From IMG/VR virus record IMGVR_UViG_2690316175_000007: a stretch of 5,623 bases of DNA; one strand, written 5' to 3'. Numbering within the stretch: the first letter of the stretch is position 1; every line of letters begins with the position of its first letter. This stretch comes from a virus (taxonomy: Duplodnaviria > Heunggongvirae > Uroviricota > Caudoviricetes). Below the pieces are notes generated by a model. It was not told the origin of the DNA. It worked only from the letters and a program-made list of their open reading frames with translations, and searched no databases. This document shows positions 1 through 5,579 of this stretch, in pieces. The position numbers and the translations under genes are program-made.

Positions 1-2
1 CC

Positions 3-335
3 ATTCTATTTCAGGAAGGAGTGTCCGTTAAACTCAGGCTACCTCAATTTGCGCTGGGAAGTGGTGCGCAAGTTGCGTCTAGTGGCGATATTTATGGTTC
101 AGTGTGGGAAAACAACTGGTTAAGCACATGGCTGCATAATCATGTCGTTCGGGATATTCGTCTTGGCAGCATTGAATATAAAAACGTATGGCGCGACTAC
201 GGCTTTGGCGATGCGTCAGGTTATGTTTTAACAGCCGCAATTAACAGCAATGCGGATGATATTGTCGACACTGTTGCCAGAAGGCCAATTCAGAAATTGA
301 TTGGGGGAATATGGTACAACGTGGGGAGTGTTTAA
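3..335 (+). CDS. stf: Side tail fibre protein, C-terminal variable domain (5'-partial, expressed orientation of the invertible segment)
   Basis: The frame is open from the window edge (the track's GTG at 21 is not the true start) and stops at TAA 333-335, 1 nt before the tfa start. The C-terminus ([17 protein letters not shown]) is homologous to the end of the - strand cassette ([17 protein letters not shown]). Position immediately upstream of tfa matches stf-tfa operon organisation. Confidence 0.7.
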   Translation: MLFQEGVSVKLRLPQFALGSGAQVASSGDIYGSVWENNWLSTWLHNHVVRDIRLGSIEYKNVWRDYGFGDASGYVLTAAINSNADDIVDTVARRPIQKLIGGIWYNVGSV

Positions 336-336
336 G

Positions 337-864
337 ATGATGCACCTGAAAAATATTAAGGCCGGGAATCCGAAAACACCGGAACAATACCAGCTAACTA
401 AAAAAGCGGGCGTGGTATGGCTCTTTTGCGAAGATGGCAAAAACTGGTATGAGGAACAAAAGAATTTTCAGCCAGACACCATAAAAATTGCTTACGATGA
501 GAACAACATCATCGTTGCTGTCAGTAAAGACGTTTCAACTATTAATCCTGAAGGGCTAAGCATAGTTGAAGTTCCTGATATTACGGCAAATCGTCACGCA
601 GACAATAACGGAAAATGGATGTTTCTGGATGGTAAAGTAGTAAAGAGGGAATATACAGAACAGGAACTGCAACAACAGGCCGAATCACAAAAGGCCGCAT
701 TGCTTTCCGAAGCTGAATCAGTCATCCAGCCGCTGGAACGAGCTGTCAGGCTGAATATGGCAACAGACGAGGAACGCACACGACTGGAAGCATGGGAACG
801 CTACAGTGTTCTGGTCAGCCGTGTGGATACGGCAAATCCTGAATGGCCACAAAAGCCTGAATAA
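337..864 (+). CDS. tfa: Tail fibre assembly protein (Tfa)
   Basis: ATG at 337 (second ATG at 340) preceded by a GGGGAG Shine-Dalgarno. The N-terminus [22 protein letters not shown] and the C-terminus ...[27 protein letters not shown] are typical of the Tfa family (as in Mu U, lambda Tfa). Stop TAA 862-864. Confidence 0.85.
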   Translation: MMHLKNIKAGNPKTPEQYQLTKKAGVVWLFCEDGKNWYEEQKNFQPDTIKIAYDENNIIVAVSKDVSTINPEGLSIVEVPDITANRHADNNGKWMFLDGKVVKREYTEQELQQQAESQKAALLSEAESVIQPLERAVRLNMATDEERTRLEAWERYSVLVSRVDTANPEWPQKPE

Positions 865-870
865 AAATTA

Positions 871-888
871 AGGCCCGATAGCGGGCCT
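871..888. terminator. Bidirectional intrinsic terminator between the convergent tfa genes
   Basis: GC-rich hairpin AGGCCCG-atag-CGGGCCT lying between the + tfa stop (862-864) and the - tfa stop (893-895). It is flanked by an A-run on the left (a U-run for - strand transcripts) and a T-rich stretch on the right. Confidence 0.6.
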
Positions 889-892
889 TCTC

Positions 893-1426
893 TCATTCTG
901 GTTGTTCGGGAAACGTTACTGGCAGGCTGGAGGTGTCTGTGGATTCAACCTTCTGCGCATAGAGCATCCACTCGGTTAATTTTTGTTTATTCTCATCGGA
1001 AATGATGCCCAGCTGTAGCTGAGAGTCCCACAGCTGGGTTTTATCCCTGACGAGCTGCAGCAGGCTCTGCTTTTCATTTTCCGCTTGTTGCCTTTGCTCT
1101 TCCTCGGTATAAGTTCGCTTTATCACCGCACCATCTTTGAACATCCAGTTGCCCGAAATATCAGCCCGGCGATTTGCTGTAATATCAGGCAACTCAACGA
1201 CACTTAAACCTTCTGGATTAATTGCTGATACATCCTTGTCTATAGCAATAATTATTCCCTCAACTGTGTAAGCCAGTTTTATTGTATCCTCCTGAAAGTT
1301 TTTTAATTCCTCATGCCAATTTTTTCCATCTTCGGACCATAACCAGATAACATCAAAATTCTTTGTTAGCTGGTATTGTTCAACGGTTTTTGGATTACCT
1401 GCGACAATGTTTTTTAAATGCTGCAT
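893..1426 (-). CDS. tfa: Tail fibre assembly protein, alternate copy (Tfa') of the invertible segment
   Basis: 177 aa starting [22 protein letters not shown]. The N-terminal two thirds resemble the + strand Tfa and the C-terminal third diverges. It starts 2 nt after the stop of the upstream - strand tail-fibre cassette. Confidence 0.85.
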   Translation of the reverse strand: MQHLKNIVAGNPKTVEQYQLTKNFDVIWLWSEDGKNWHEELKNFQEDTIKLAYTVEGIIIAIDKDVSAINPEGLSVVELPDITANRRADISGNWMFKDGAVIKRTYTEEEQRQQAENEKQSLLQLVRDKTQLWDSQLQLGIISDENKQKLTEWMLYAQKVESTDTSSLPVTFPEQPE

Positions 1427-1428
1427 GA

Positions 1429-1578
1429 TTATACCTGCGATACGTTATACCATGTTCCGTTAATTAACTTTTGTATTGGTCTGAATACTGCCGGATCATC
1501 ACCATCGACTTCACCGATAATACCAAGCCCCGTGATTACATGGCCTGATTTTTCATACATCACGCCTTTCTTCATGGT
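1429..1578 (-). pseudogene. Post-amber C-terminal remnant of the stf' cassette
   Basis: The same frame continues after the TAG for 49 codons ([49 protein letters not shown]) and ends at TAA 1429-1431. This tail is conserved with the C-terminus of the + strand stf copy, so the TAG is a recent nonsense change rather than the native stop. Confidence 0.6.
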
Positions 1579-2355
1579 CTAAACAACTCGTGTGCCAAGT
1601 CTGACATCTCTCACATAGCGGGAATCAAAGTTACCGTAATCCGAGGGATTAACACGTCCCGTAATATTTATGGTTTTATTACTTTGAATGCTTCCGGAGA
1701 CAAAGCGCATAACATGGACGTTATTAGCATAAACATCCAGATTACCATCGCCTTTTTGTTTAAAGCCCGTGTCATTATCACCCAATACAATCGAATTACC
1801 GCCAAGAGCACTGGATGTTCCGATACCCAGTGCACCATTCAGTTGACCACCAGATAACGGCAGTGCACCAACATCTCCTGCTGAAGGTTTTCTGGTGGTG
1901 TAAAATTCGGACCAGTCGGCTTCAAAACCATAACCATCACGGGCTGAACGATAAAAAATACCGCCATTTTTATAATTAATCCGAAACTGAGCTGCAGGAC
2001 AACTTCCTTCTCCCATATAAAAATGAATAATTAACGTTGATGCACCACTAATAGTTGCGTTATAGGCTCCGCTACTCCAGTTCCATCCAACTGCTTTATC
2101 ATTCGCAACGGTGCTTCCTGTTTTCCCTAAGGCAAACGCACCAACATGACTTGCTTTTAATGTGATATCGGAGGAACCATCAAAAGCCACATTGCTTATT
2201 TTCCTGGCAGTTTTTAATTTTGCAGCTGTAGAAGCATTGCCGGATAGTTCACCAGAAAGGCCACCGCTGAATGTTTGTCGATTAGTCCAGGTATTCGCTG
2301 TACTGAGTAACGGTATTTTCTCCCCGCTTGTGCCGAGTTCTCGTAAACCGAGGTT
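1579..2355 (-). CDS. stf: Alternate side tail fibre variable cassette (stf'), silent orientation, with no start of its own; interrupted by an in-frame TAG at 1579-1581
   Basis: On the - strand the frame is open from 2355 (just inside the crossover site) down to the TAG at 1579-1581. The translation (...GEKIPLLSTANTWTNRQTFSGGLSGELSGNASTAAKLKTARKISN...VRDVRLGTRVV*) is glycine/serine-rich and tail-fibre-like. The track ORF 1579..2190 is the Met-delimited part of the same frame. Confidence 0.7.
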   Translation of the reverse strand, partial: NLGLRELGTSGEKIPLLSTANTWTNRQTFSGGLSGELSGNASTAAKLKTARKISNVAFDGSSDITLKASHVGAFALGKTGSTVANDKAVGWNWSSGAYNATISGASTLIIHFYMGEGSCPAAQFRINYKNGGIFYRSARDGYGFEADWSEFYTTRKPSAGDVGALPLSGGQLNGALGIGTSSALGGNSIVLGDNDTGFKQKGDGNLDVYANNVHVMRFVSGSIQSNKTINITGRVNPSDYGNFDSRYVRDVRLGTRVV

Positions 2356-2363
2356 TTAGATAA
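2338..2363. other. 26-bp site-specific recombination (crossover) site of the Gin/Pin/Hin invertase family; right boundary of the invertible segment
   Basis: TTCTCGTAAACC-GA-GGTTTTAGATAA: two imperfect inverted 12-bp half-sites around a 2-bp core. About 23 of 26 positions match the Mu gix site as I recall it. It lies inside the stf' reading frame and 55 bp upstream of pin, as in Mu G, P1 C and e14 P segments. Confidence 0.7.
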
Positions 2364-2417
2364 TGGCGGTTTCTGGCCTGCATGGCATGATTTGTGCTTT
2401 TGGACGGGAGATTCAGC

Positions 2418-2744
2418 GTGCTGATTGGCTATGTAAGGGTATCAACAAATGACCAGAATACAGACCTGCAACGAAACGCTCTTGTTTGTGCAGGATATGA
2501 ACAAATATTTGAAGATAAATTAAGCGGAACAAGGACAGGCCGACCTGGATTAAAACGTGCTTTAAAGCGCCTTCAAAAAGGTGACGCACTGGTTGTCTGA
2601 AAACTGGACTGACTGGGGCACTGTATGCGGCATCTTGTCGTGCTGGTGGTGGAAGCCTAGAAAAAGTATCGGGTGTTGCTGAACCGTGTTGATACATCAA
2701 CTGCACCTGATATTGAGTGGCCTGCAAATCCTGTCAGGGAGTAA
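2418..2744 (+). pseudogene. pin: DNA invertase Pin/Gin-family serine recombinase, inactivated: in-frame TGA at 2598-2600 and 2610-2612, then in-frame fusion to a tfa 3' fragment carrying a TAG at 2658-2660
   Basis: GTG start at 2418 with a GGGAG Shine-Dalgarno. MLIGYVRVSTNDQNTDLQRNALVCAGYEQIFEDKLSGTRTGRPGLKRALKRLQKGDALVV* is the serine-recombinase catalytic N-terminus (active-site Ser in YVRVSTNDQ). The stops fall where Pin, as I recall it, has Trp61 and Arg65. After ...LVVLVVE the frame reads [29 protein letters not shown], which is a Tfa C-terminus. The C-terminal helix-turn-helix domain is absent. Confidence 0.8.
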
Positions 2745-2792
2745 TCATTGGGATTATGCCGCAGCACGTCTTAAGCAAGAACGTGCTGCGGT
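2651..2792 (+). repeat. tfa 3'-end remnant copy A plus downstream hairpin; direct repeat of copy C
   Basis: Positions 2664-2764 are identical to 3944-4044 (101 bp). The flanks differ by a few substitutions (for example TAG here versus TGG in copy C) and a 1-nt indel in the hairpin. Confidence 0.85.
2759..2791 (+). terminator. Hairpin after tfa remnant A (putative intrinsic terminator)
   Basis: 11-bp stem CCGCAGCACGT / ACGTGCTGCGG with an 11-nt loop. A T-run (2802-2807) follows about 10 nt later, which is not ideally placed. It lies between the remnant stop and the convergent methyltransferase stop. Confidence 0.4.
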
Positions 2793-2798
2793 TGGATG

Positions 2799-3467
2799 CT
2801 ATTTTTTCCCTGAAGCGGAAAACATTACTACAGTACCTTGAACCTTGGTTTTAACATTCTCGAAATGCTCTGAGAGTATATGTGTTAAGCCTTCTTCGGA
2901 ATCTTTTGTGTTTGAAAAGATGCCTTTCTGATTGTAAATGCGCATCAGTTTTTGACCGAAGCTATTGTGCACAACTCCATCGCCAAGAATTGTGGCTCCG
3001 TATAGAGTTCCATCGTCAGTTAAGGCCTGCGCCGCATTGCGTATTACACAGCTTTTTGTAGATATATTTCCAGGCAGGCAGTGAAGAAGGTAAAACATGG
3101 AAATGGAATCAAATTGACCATGTAACGCCGCGGGATAAGGTTCAAAAACATCATGGCTAATTTTATGTTTAATTTTTGATTCCCCAGCCCTTGTAGATGC
3201 CGCGTTCAGGCTAGCTTCGTTCAAATCCATTAAAGATATCAGACTACTCTCAGGTACGTGAGTAAGGTAAAACCCAGTTCCAACACCAATATCCAGATGG
3301 TTGTTACCTAAATGTTCCAGAAAGTGTGGAAGAAGGTGTTCCTTTGTAGGACATCCCCATGCAAGCCGATTTGATACTCCCAAAACCCACCAGTCATAAA
3401 GCTTTAGGGTAAGTGGTGTGTAAATTTTAGCCCCATCATCTGTGTTTGTTTTCATTGATTTCACCAT
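2799..3467 (-). CDS. Class I SAM-dependent methyltransferase (small-molecule type, UbiE-like fold); probable phage moron
   Basis: 222-aa ORF; a second ATG at 3455 has a better Shine-Dalgarno (GGTGA). Motif I is HLDIGVGTG, with an acidic post-I residue (LMDLNE), motif II around FDSISMFYLLHCLPG, and motif III LTDDGTLYG. The N-terminal YDWWVLGVSNRLAW resembles the UbiE-type YD...S.....W pattern. There is no DPPY/NPPF or PCQ DNA-methyltransferase motif. It may be a homologue of the e14 ymfD product (similar length, same annotated function), but I cannot confirm this from memory. Confidence 0.8.
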   Translation of the reverse strand: MVKSMKTNTDDGAKIYTPLTLKLYDWWVLGVSNRLAWGCPTKEHLLPHFLEHLGNNHLDIGVGTGFYLTHVPESSLISLMDLNEASLNAASTRAGESKIKHKISHDVFEPYPAALHGQFDSISMFYLLHCLPGNISTKSCVIRNAAQALTDDGTLYGATILGDGVVHNSFGQKLMRIYNQKGIFSNTKDSEEGLTHILSEHFENVKTKVQGTVVMFSASGKK

Positions 3468-3486
3468 GTTATAGTTTTATTTGTGA

Positions 3487-3515
3487 ATTAAATCAATTAT
3501 GGCGATGAATTACAA
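3487..3515 (-). promoter_or_regulatory. Putative sigma70 promoter for the methyltransferase
   Basis: On the - strand: -35 TTGTAA (3510-3515), 17-bp spacer, -10 TTTAAT (3487-3492), about 20-30 nt upstream of the start codon. Confidence 0.3.
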
Positions 3516-3559
3516 GGGGTTAAATGCTGCCGCAGCATAGCGATATTGAAATAGCCTAG

Positions 3560-3791
3560 TATGCTTCGATACAGCAGGAGCCGAATGGCTGGAAGACCGT
3601 CACCACACAGTTCTACATCCAGGAATTTAGTGAGTATATTGCGCCACTGCAGGATGCTGTAGATCTGGAAATCGCAACGGAGGAAGAAAGATCGTTGCTG
3701 GAGGCATGGAATAAATATCGGGTATTGTTGAATCGTGTTGATACATCAACTGCACCTGATATTGAGTGGCCGGAAGAACCAGACACAATGT
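3560..3791 (+). pseudogene. tfa 3' fragment B (C-terminal ~77 codons of a tail fibre assembly gene, no start codon)
   Basis: The frame opens after TAG 3557-3559 and reads ...[68 protein letters not shown]. This aligns with the C-terminus of the intact Tfa (...[46 protein letters not shown]). A 38-bp core is identical to copies A and C. Confidence 0.6.
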
Positions 3792-3865
3792 AAGGCAGTA
3801 TGACTTTCCGTGAGACAGATGCTGGCCAACGTGGGATATTTAACGCGGGTTAACATCGTTGTCAG

Positions 3866-3926
3866 NNNNNNNNNNNNNNNNNNNNNNNNNNNNNNNNNNN
3901 NNNNNNNNNNNNNNNNNNNNNNNNNN
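3866..3926. other. Assembly gap (61 N)
   Basis: Run of N characters. The track ORF 3862..4194 (-) with X residues is an artefact of this gap. Confidence 0.95.
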
Positions 3927-3928
3927 TG

Positions 3929-4024
3929 CTGGAAGCCTGGAAGAAGTATCGGGTGTTGCTGAACCGTGTTGATACATCAACTGCACCTGATATTGAGTGG
4001 CCTGCAAATCCTGTCAGGGAGTAA
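3929..4024 (+). pseudogene. tfa 3' fragment C (starts at the gap); direct repeat of copy A
   Basis: Reads [32 protein letters not shown] with TAA at 4022-4024. Positions 3944-4044 are identical to 2664-2764. Unlike copy A, the Trp codon is intact here (TGG). Confidence 0.6.
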
Positions 4025-4038
4025 TCATTGGGATTATG

Positions 4039-4072
4039 CCGCAGACACGTCGTATGCAGGAACGTGCTGCGG
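4039..4072 (+). terminator. Hairpin after tfa remnant C (putative intrinsic terminator, bulged stem)
   Basis: CCGCAGaCACGT ... ACGTGCTGCGG, followed by the T-rich TTAGTTTGTGAGCTTTCG. Confidence 0.35.
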
Positions 4073-4138
4073 TTAGTTTGTGAGCTTTCGATAGTGGTTG
4101 TTATTTTTGCCCTTATTTGTTCCGGAGGCCATGGTTCA

Positions 4139-4309
4139 ATGGTCCGTCTGCCCCCTGTGGTGATGTCAGCAAAATCAGCCACTGCGCGAACCACAATAGC
4201 CCGGGAAGATGCTGAAGATCACCAGGTAAAGCTGTCAGCGCAGAAACTGGAAGAACTGCTCGCATCAATGGTTAAGGATGAGGTTGATCGCAATGATGGG
4301 ATTTATTGA
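4139..4309 (+). CDS. Hypothetical small protein (56 aa from ATG 4139); possibly the N-terminal part of a longer ORF broken by TGA 4307-4309
   Basis: GGAGG at 4124-4128 lies 10 nt upstream of ATG 4139. The protein is charged and helix-prone (…EDAEDHQVKLSAQKLEELLASMVKDEVDRNDGIY). The same frame stays open for 30 more codons after the TGA, to TAA 4397-4399. The track's 4028 start overlaps the hairpin and is unlikely. Confidence 0.3.
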   Translation: MVRLPPVVMSAKSATARTTIAREDAEDHQVKLSAQKLEELLASMVKDEVDRNDGIY

Positions 4310-4435
4310 CGTCAGCGAGAGCAGAAGGAAGAACTGAATAACCTGAATGATTTACGCTCAATCAGAGCGATGGCGATTAGCGGCAATCACGCTCGATAAA
4401 ATTAACCTCGGTGATCATCCGGGGTTTTGCATTCA

Positions 4436-4993
4436 TTAAAACCGCATCAACCTTTCCACCAATTGTTCTTTACGGGCAACGATCCACCCATGTTGCTCCA
4501 GATAAAATTTAAACCGTTCCAGAGTGCATACCATCGCATCGGCGGGGACTTTTTCTGTGAACTCGACCTGACCGTGTTTATCGAAGTGGATCAGTAATGC
4601 GCATCCATTATTTGGGGCGGGGGAGTTTTGTGCTGCAGGAGGACGTTTGTGGAGTTCTTCTTCCATTGCGTTAAATTTTTCAATGTAAGCTTCTTTTAGT
4701 CTGGCTGCTTTTTTGCCAGTAAATCCCATTACGAGGAACATGAAGCCGTCTTTTGTGATCAGGTAGCATCGTGATTCACGTTCTGCGCCGTTGCCAATTT
4801 CGACAGTCTGAACATCGGCCGAAAAGTTGGCTGATGTAAATTCGGGAGAGCAGTCGAGTGTGTCAATCTTAGCTAAAACGTGTTTATGTTGTTTATCGAA
4901 GTAGTCGGCAACAGCTTGAGAGGTGGTAACCAGGCGACCATCTTTGAAAAAGACTTTTGGTGACTCGTTAGAAAAAGTTATAGCTGTATTCAT
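4436..4993 (-). CDS. rha: Rha-family phage regulatory protein
   Basis: ATG at 4993 with GGAG 9 nt upstream; the track's TTG at 5008 is less likely. The N-terminus MNTAITFSNESPKVFFKDGRLVTTSQAVADYFDKQHKHVLAKIDTL matches the Rha N-terminal domain signature (LVT.S..VA..F.K.H..VL..I). The C-terminal half is unassigned. Confidence 0.75.
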   Translation of the reverse strand: MNTAITFSNESPKVFFKDGRLVTTSQAVADYFDKQHKHVLAKIDTLDCSPEFTSANFSADVQTVEIGNGAERESRCYLITKDGFMFLVMGFTGKKAARLKEAYIEKFNAMEEELHKRPPAAQNSPAPNNGCALLIHFDKHGQVEFTEKVPADAMVCTLERFKFYLEQHGWIVARKEQLVERLMRF

Positions 4994-5020
4994 ATGTGAT
5001 GACTCCAATTAATTGGATGA

Positions 5021-5054
5021 TCACCACCTCTGACGCCAATCAGGGAGGTGGTGA
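5021..5054. promoter_or_regulatory. Perfect 10-bp inverted repeat in the rha leader/promoter region (candidate operator or RNA hairpin)
   Basis: TCACCACCTC-(14 nt)-GAGGTGGTGA, 28-61 nt upstream of the rha ATG. It overlaps a TGATCA palindrome at 5017-5022. Confidence 0.4.
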
Positions 5055-5275
5055 GACGTACAGGGTTGGCGTAACCGGTCATCACAAAACCCGGCGCGGA
5101 TTTCTCCGCCCCTGCACGCCCCACCATAATGCGAATGTGGCAATGCTTAACGCAAAAAAAACCGCAAACGCGGCTATGCGTTGTGATGTTATCCGAGACG
5201 CCAATCCCGACAACCGATTTTGCGGTTGTGTGAGGAATATAGCCCCGGAGAACAAAAACTGTCAACGGGCAAAAA

Positions 5276-5284
5276 NNNNNNNNN
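5276..5284. other. Assembly gap (9 N)
   Basis: Run of N characters. Confidence 0.95.
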
Positions 5285-5463
5285 NAAATTTCCGTTATCA
5301 GGAATGTATAAAATTAAAGCGATCGAGCAAAAAATCCTTTCTGCAAAACTAAAAAAGATTTCAATAAAATCAGGCAGTTAAAAACACGGAAAACGGTATA
5401 AAAAAGCGCCTCAAAATCCTGTTTTTTCTTTCAGATACAATGTCTTATTGCATTTTTTAAAAC

Positions 5464-5579
5464 ATGTCAGTGTGGTACATGGATATCGATACCATCGCCA
5501 ATTATAAACTGGGCGGTGCACAGCAACATGATAGCGTACGCCTCGATCCGTGGGTGTTTATGTTCTCAGCAGGATATCG
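5464..5579 (+). CDS. Hypothetical ORF, 5' part only; reading frame runs into the IS1 end (probably disrupted by the insertion)
   Basis: ATG at 5464 directly follows an in-frame TAA. It reads MSVWYMDIDTIANYKLGGAQQHDSVRLDPWVFMFSAGYR and continues into IS1 sequence. The - strand here is closed by stops. An AT-rich promoter-like region lies upstream. No family was recognised. Confidence 0.25.

Noticed and set aside
228-440. Track ORF on the - strand (70 aa)
   Set aside because: It lies fully antisense to the stf/tfa coding region, has low-complexity composition and no ribosome-binding site, so it is a shadow ORF.
594-779. Track ORF on the - strand (61 aa)
   Set aside because: Antisense to the intact tfa gene; Cys/Ser-rich shadow frame.
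2162-2359. Track ORF on the + strand (65 aa)
   Set aside because: It overlaps the stf' cassette on the opposite strand and runs across the crossover site. The tail-fibre frame is the one with recognisable protein features.
2413-2727. Track ORF on the - strand (104 aa)
   Set aside because: Antisense to the pin N-terminus and the tfa remnant, both of which have clear family signatures on the + strand.
2799-3467. DNA methyltransferase of a restriction-modification system
   Set aside because: It has no DPPY/NPPF (amino-methyltransferase) or PCQ/ENV (C5-methyltransferase) motifs and no target-recognition domain, and there is no adjacent endonuclease gene. The motifs fit a small-molecule class I methyltransferase.
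3862-4194. Track ORF on the - strand (110 aa, contains X residues)
   Set aside because: It is created by translating through the N-gap and is not interpretable.
5085-5130. Possible tRNA or tmRNA 3' end (…GCGGATTTCTCCGCCCCTGCACGCCCCACCA)
   Set aside because: There is no GTTCRANYC T-loop and no acceptor or anticodon stem pairing that would give a cloverleaf. The CCA is probably coincidental.
4990-5352. Two overlapping track ORFs (4990..5265 - and 4996..5352 +)
   Set aside because: They overlap each other and the rha start; one spans the N-gap. Their composition looks like translated non-coding GC-rich DNA, so the region is treated as regulatory.
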